A stretch of 32,000 bases of DNA from an uncultured Bacilli bacterium. GTDB lineage: Bacteria > Bacillota_I > Bacilli_A > RF39 > UBA660. The first letter of the stretch is position 1. Each line of letters begins with the position of its first letter. The stretch covers positions 3,609 to 35,608 of the forward strand of contig CAKONI010000003.1 of NCBI GenBank assembly GCA_934097105.1, written 5' to 3'. The notes under the pieces were generated by a model, which was not told where the DNA came from, made no database searches, and was given only the letters and a program-made list of their open reading frames with translations. A program made the translations under genes and the position numbers. This document shows, one piece after another, positions 30,950-32,000 of the stretch.

Positions 30950-31522
30950 TTAGGAAAATTTTATTGATATACTCATTGCTTCATCATATTCATTTTGAAT
31001 TGTTCTCATAATTTTATTGGCTAGTTTTACATCATGTTTATCGCTTTCAATTACTACTTCTATTTTGTTATCATCTTGCTTAACATAGGCATTAAGGGAA
31101 TAATCTTCTTTTATTTTTTTCTCTAAGGAGTCTTCTTGCCCCTTGATTGTATTAATTTCTTTCATTTCTTCATATGCTGTATTTTTTTCTTCACTACTTT
31201 TACTTTTATCGTTAATTACTTTATTTAAGGTATCGAGAATTTCTGCTCTTTCTGAGTCAAGTTTAATTTTTAAAGTTTCTACGTAACTTGTGTTTTCTTT
31301 GTTAACATTTTCTGTTTTTTCATCATTGCCTTTATTTTTTGTGGTATCTTTATTTTCAATATTGTCTTTAGTTGTACTTTCTTTTTTGGTATCAGTGGTA
31401 TTGCTATCGGAGATAGAACTTTTGCTTTCGAAAATTTCATTGGGCATGGTAACATAGTATACACCAAGTACTAGTACTAAACTAAATAAAGTTAAAAACC
31501 ATAATCCTTGTTTATTAATCAT
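30950..31522 (-). CDS. spoIIIAH: Stage III sporulation protein AH
   Basis: 190 aa from the ATG at 31522 (AGGAGG Shine-Dalgarno). MINKQGLWFLTLFSLVLVLGVYYV matches B. subtilis MLKKQTVWLLTMLSLVVVLSVYYI. A polar linker follows. The C-terminal YscJ/FliF-like part has AYEEM, LEKKIK, IEVVIESDKH and ANKIM..I..EY. Confidence 0.85.
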   Translation of the reverse strand: MINKQGLWFLTLFSLVLVLGVYYVTMPNEIFESKSSISDSNTTDTKKESTTKDNIENKDTTKNKGNDEKTENVNKENTSYVETLKIKLDSERAEILDTLNKVINDKSKSSEEKNTAYEEMKEINTIKGQEDSLEKKIKEDYSLNAYVKQDDNKIEVVIESDKHDVKLANKIMRTIQNEYDEAMSISIKFS

Positions 31523-31541
31523 AACATTTTCCTCCTGATAA

Positions 31542-31549
31542 ATTGTATG
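31542..31549 (-). promoter_or_regulatory. Sigma-E-type -10 element upstream of spoIIIAH
   Basis: CATACAAT matches CATACAHT 8 of 8, about 20 nt upstream of the start. I found no convincing -35 (ATT instead of ATA, and spacing off by one or more). Confidence 0.3.
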
Positions 31550-31570
31550 AGAAAAATGAAAAATAATCAC

Positions 31571-31592
31571 AAAAAAAGAGCTTTATGCTCTT
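31571..31592 (-). terminator. efp intrinsic terminator
   Basis: AAGAGC ataaa GCTCTT hairpin (31576-81 with 31587-92) with the stop codon in the loop. T7 follows on the minus strand. Confidence 0.65.
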
Positions 31593-32000
31593 GAAACGTA
31601 TTTACCATCTTTAGTAGATACTATTAATGTTTCTCCTTCATTGATAAATAAAGGTACTCTTATTTCATAACCTGTTTCAAGTGTGGCATCTTTTAATGCG
31701 TTTTGAGATGTGTTTCCTTTAACACCAGGTTCTGTTTTTGTTACTTTAAGTTCTACTTTGTCTGGGAGAATAAGTCCTAGTACTTCTCCTTCGTAGAAGG
31801 TAATATCTAAGTTCAAATTTTCTTTTAGGTACTTAATGTCGTCTCCTAGTACGCTTTTATCAAGTTCTACTTGAGAGTAGTCTTCCATATTCATAAATGT
31901 GTACACGTCGCCTGTGTTATATAAGAATTGCATAGGTTTTCTTTCAATTCTAGCAGTTTCGCATTTGATACCTGAATTGAAGGTATATTCAATTGTAGAA
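31583..32000 (-). CDS. efp: Elongation factor P (5' end beyond the window)
   Basis: C-terminus VELKVTKTEPGVKGNT......KDATLETGYEIRVPLFINEGETLIVSTKDGKYVSRA matches EF-P. The frame stays open upstream of the M at 31933 (..TIEYTFNSGIKCETARIERKPMQFLY) to the window edge. Confidence 0.9.
   Translation of the reverse strand, partial: STIEYTFNSGIKCETARIERKPMQFLYNTGDVYTFMNMEDYSQVELDKSVLGDDIKYLKENLNLDITFYEGEVLGLILPDKVELKVTKTEPGVKGNTSQNALKDATLETGYEIRVPLFINEGETLIVSTKDGKYVSRA

Overview
AT-rich chromosomal window of a spore-forming Firmicutes-type organism, called from gene content only. It holds 26 protein genes and 2 tRNAs, and all but three genes are on the minus strand. The backbone I recognise is sigG, rsmI, mutS, spoIVA, ylxM-ftsY, uppS, tRNA-Pro(TGG), tRNA-Arg(TCT), a GerM-like gene, gerE, spoIIIAH and efp (3' part; its 5' end lies beyond the window end). 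Several of these carry matches to sigma-G, sigma-E or sigma-K promoter consensus sequences in the expected places. Five accessory blocks sit between them. (i) 4.4-6.9 kb: a secreted beta-helix-like adhesin with an NPQT-type sorting signal, plus a Fic protein. (ii) 8.5-13.3 kb: a frameshifted surface-protein gene, and a double-HTH regulator lying stop-to-stop convergent with a 555-aa protein that carries two near-identical HEPN-type RNxIxHG motifs, with no CRISPR array nearby. (iii) 13.6-17.8 kb: a secreted S8 protease with Big_2 and FN3 domains, plus a co-transcribed secreted partner. (iv) 18.0-22.0 kb: a terminator-bracketed, translationally coupled three-gene operon. It encodes an N-terminally extended MoxR-like AAA+ ATPase, a P-loop-less AAA fragment, and an HExxH metallopeptidase joined to a VWA domain by a repeat linker. 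(v) 23.5-28.6 kb: three tandem paralogues sharing a roughly 140-aa N-terminal helical module, followed by acidic tandem repeats and unrelated C-termini, bracketed by two DUF1292-like small genes. The best candidates for an undescribed system are the dual-HEPN gene, the AAA/VWA operon and the paralogue cluster. I saw no CRISPR array, rRNA, transposase or integrase. All family calls come from motif recognition by eye and memory, and no database was searched.
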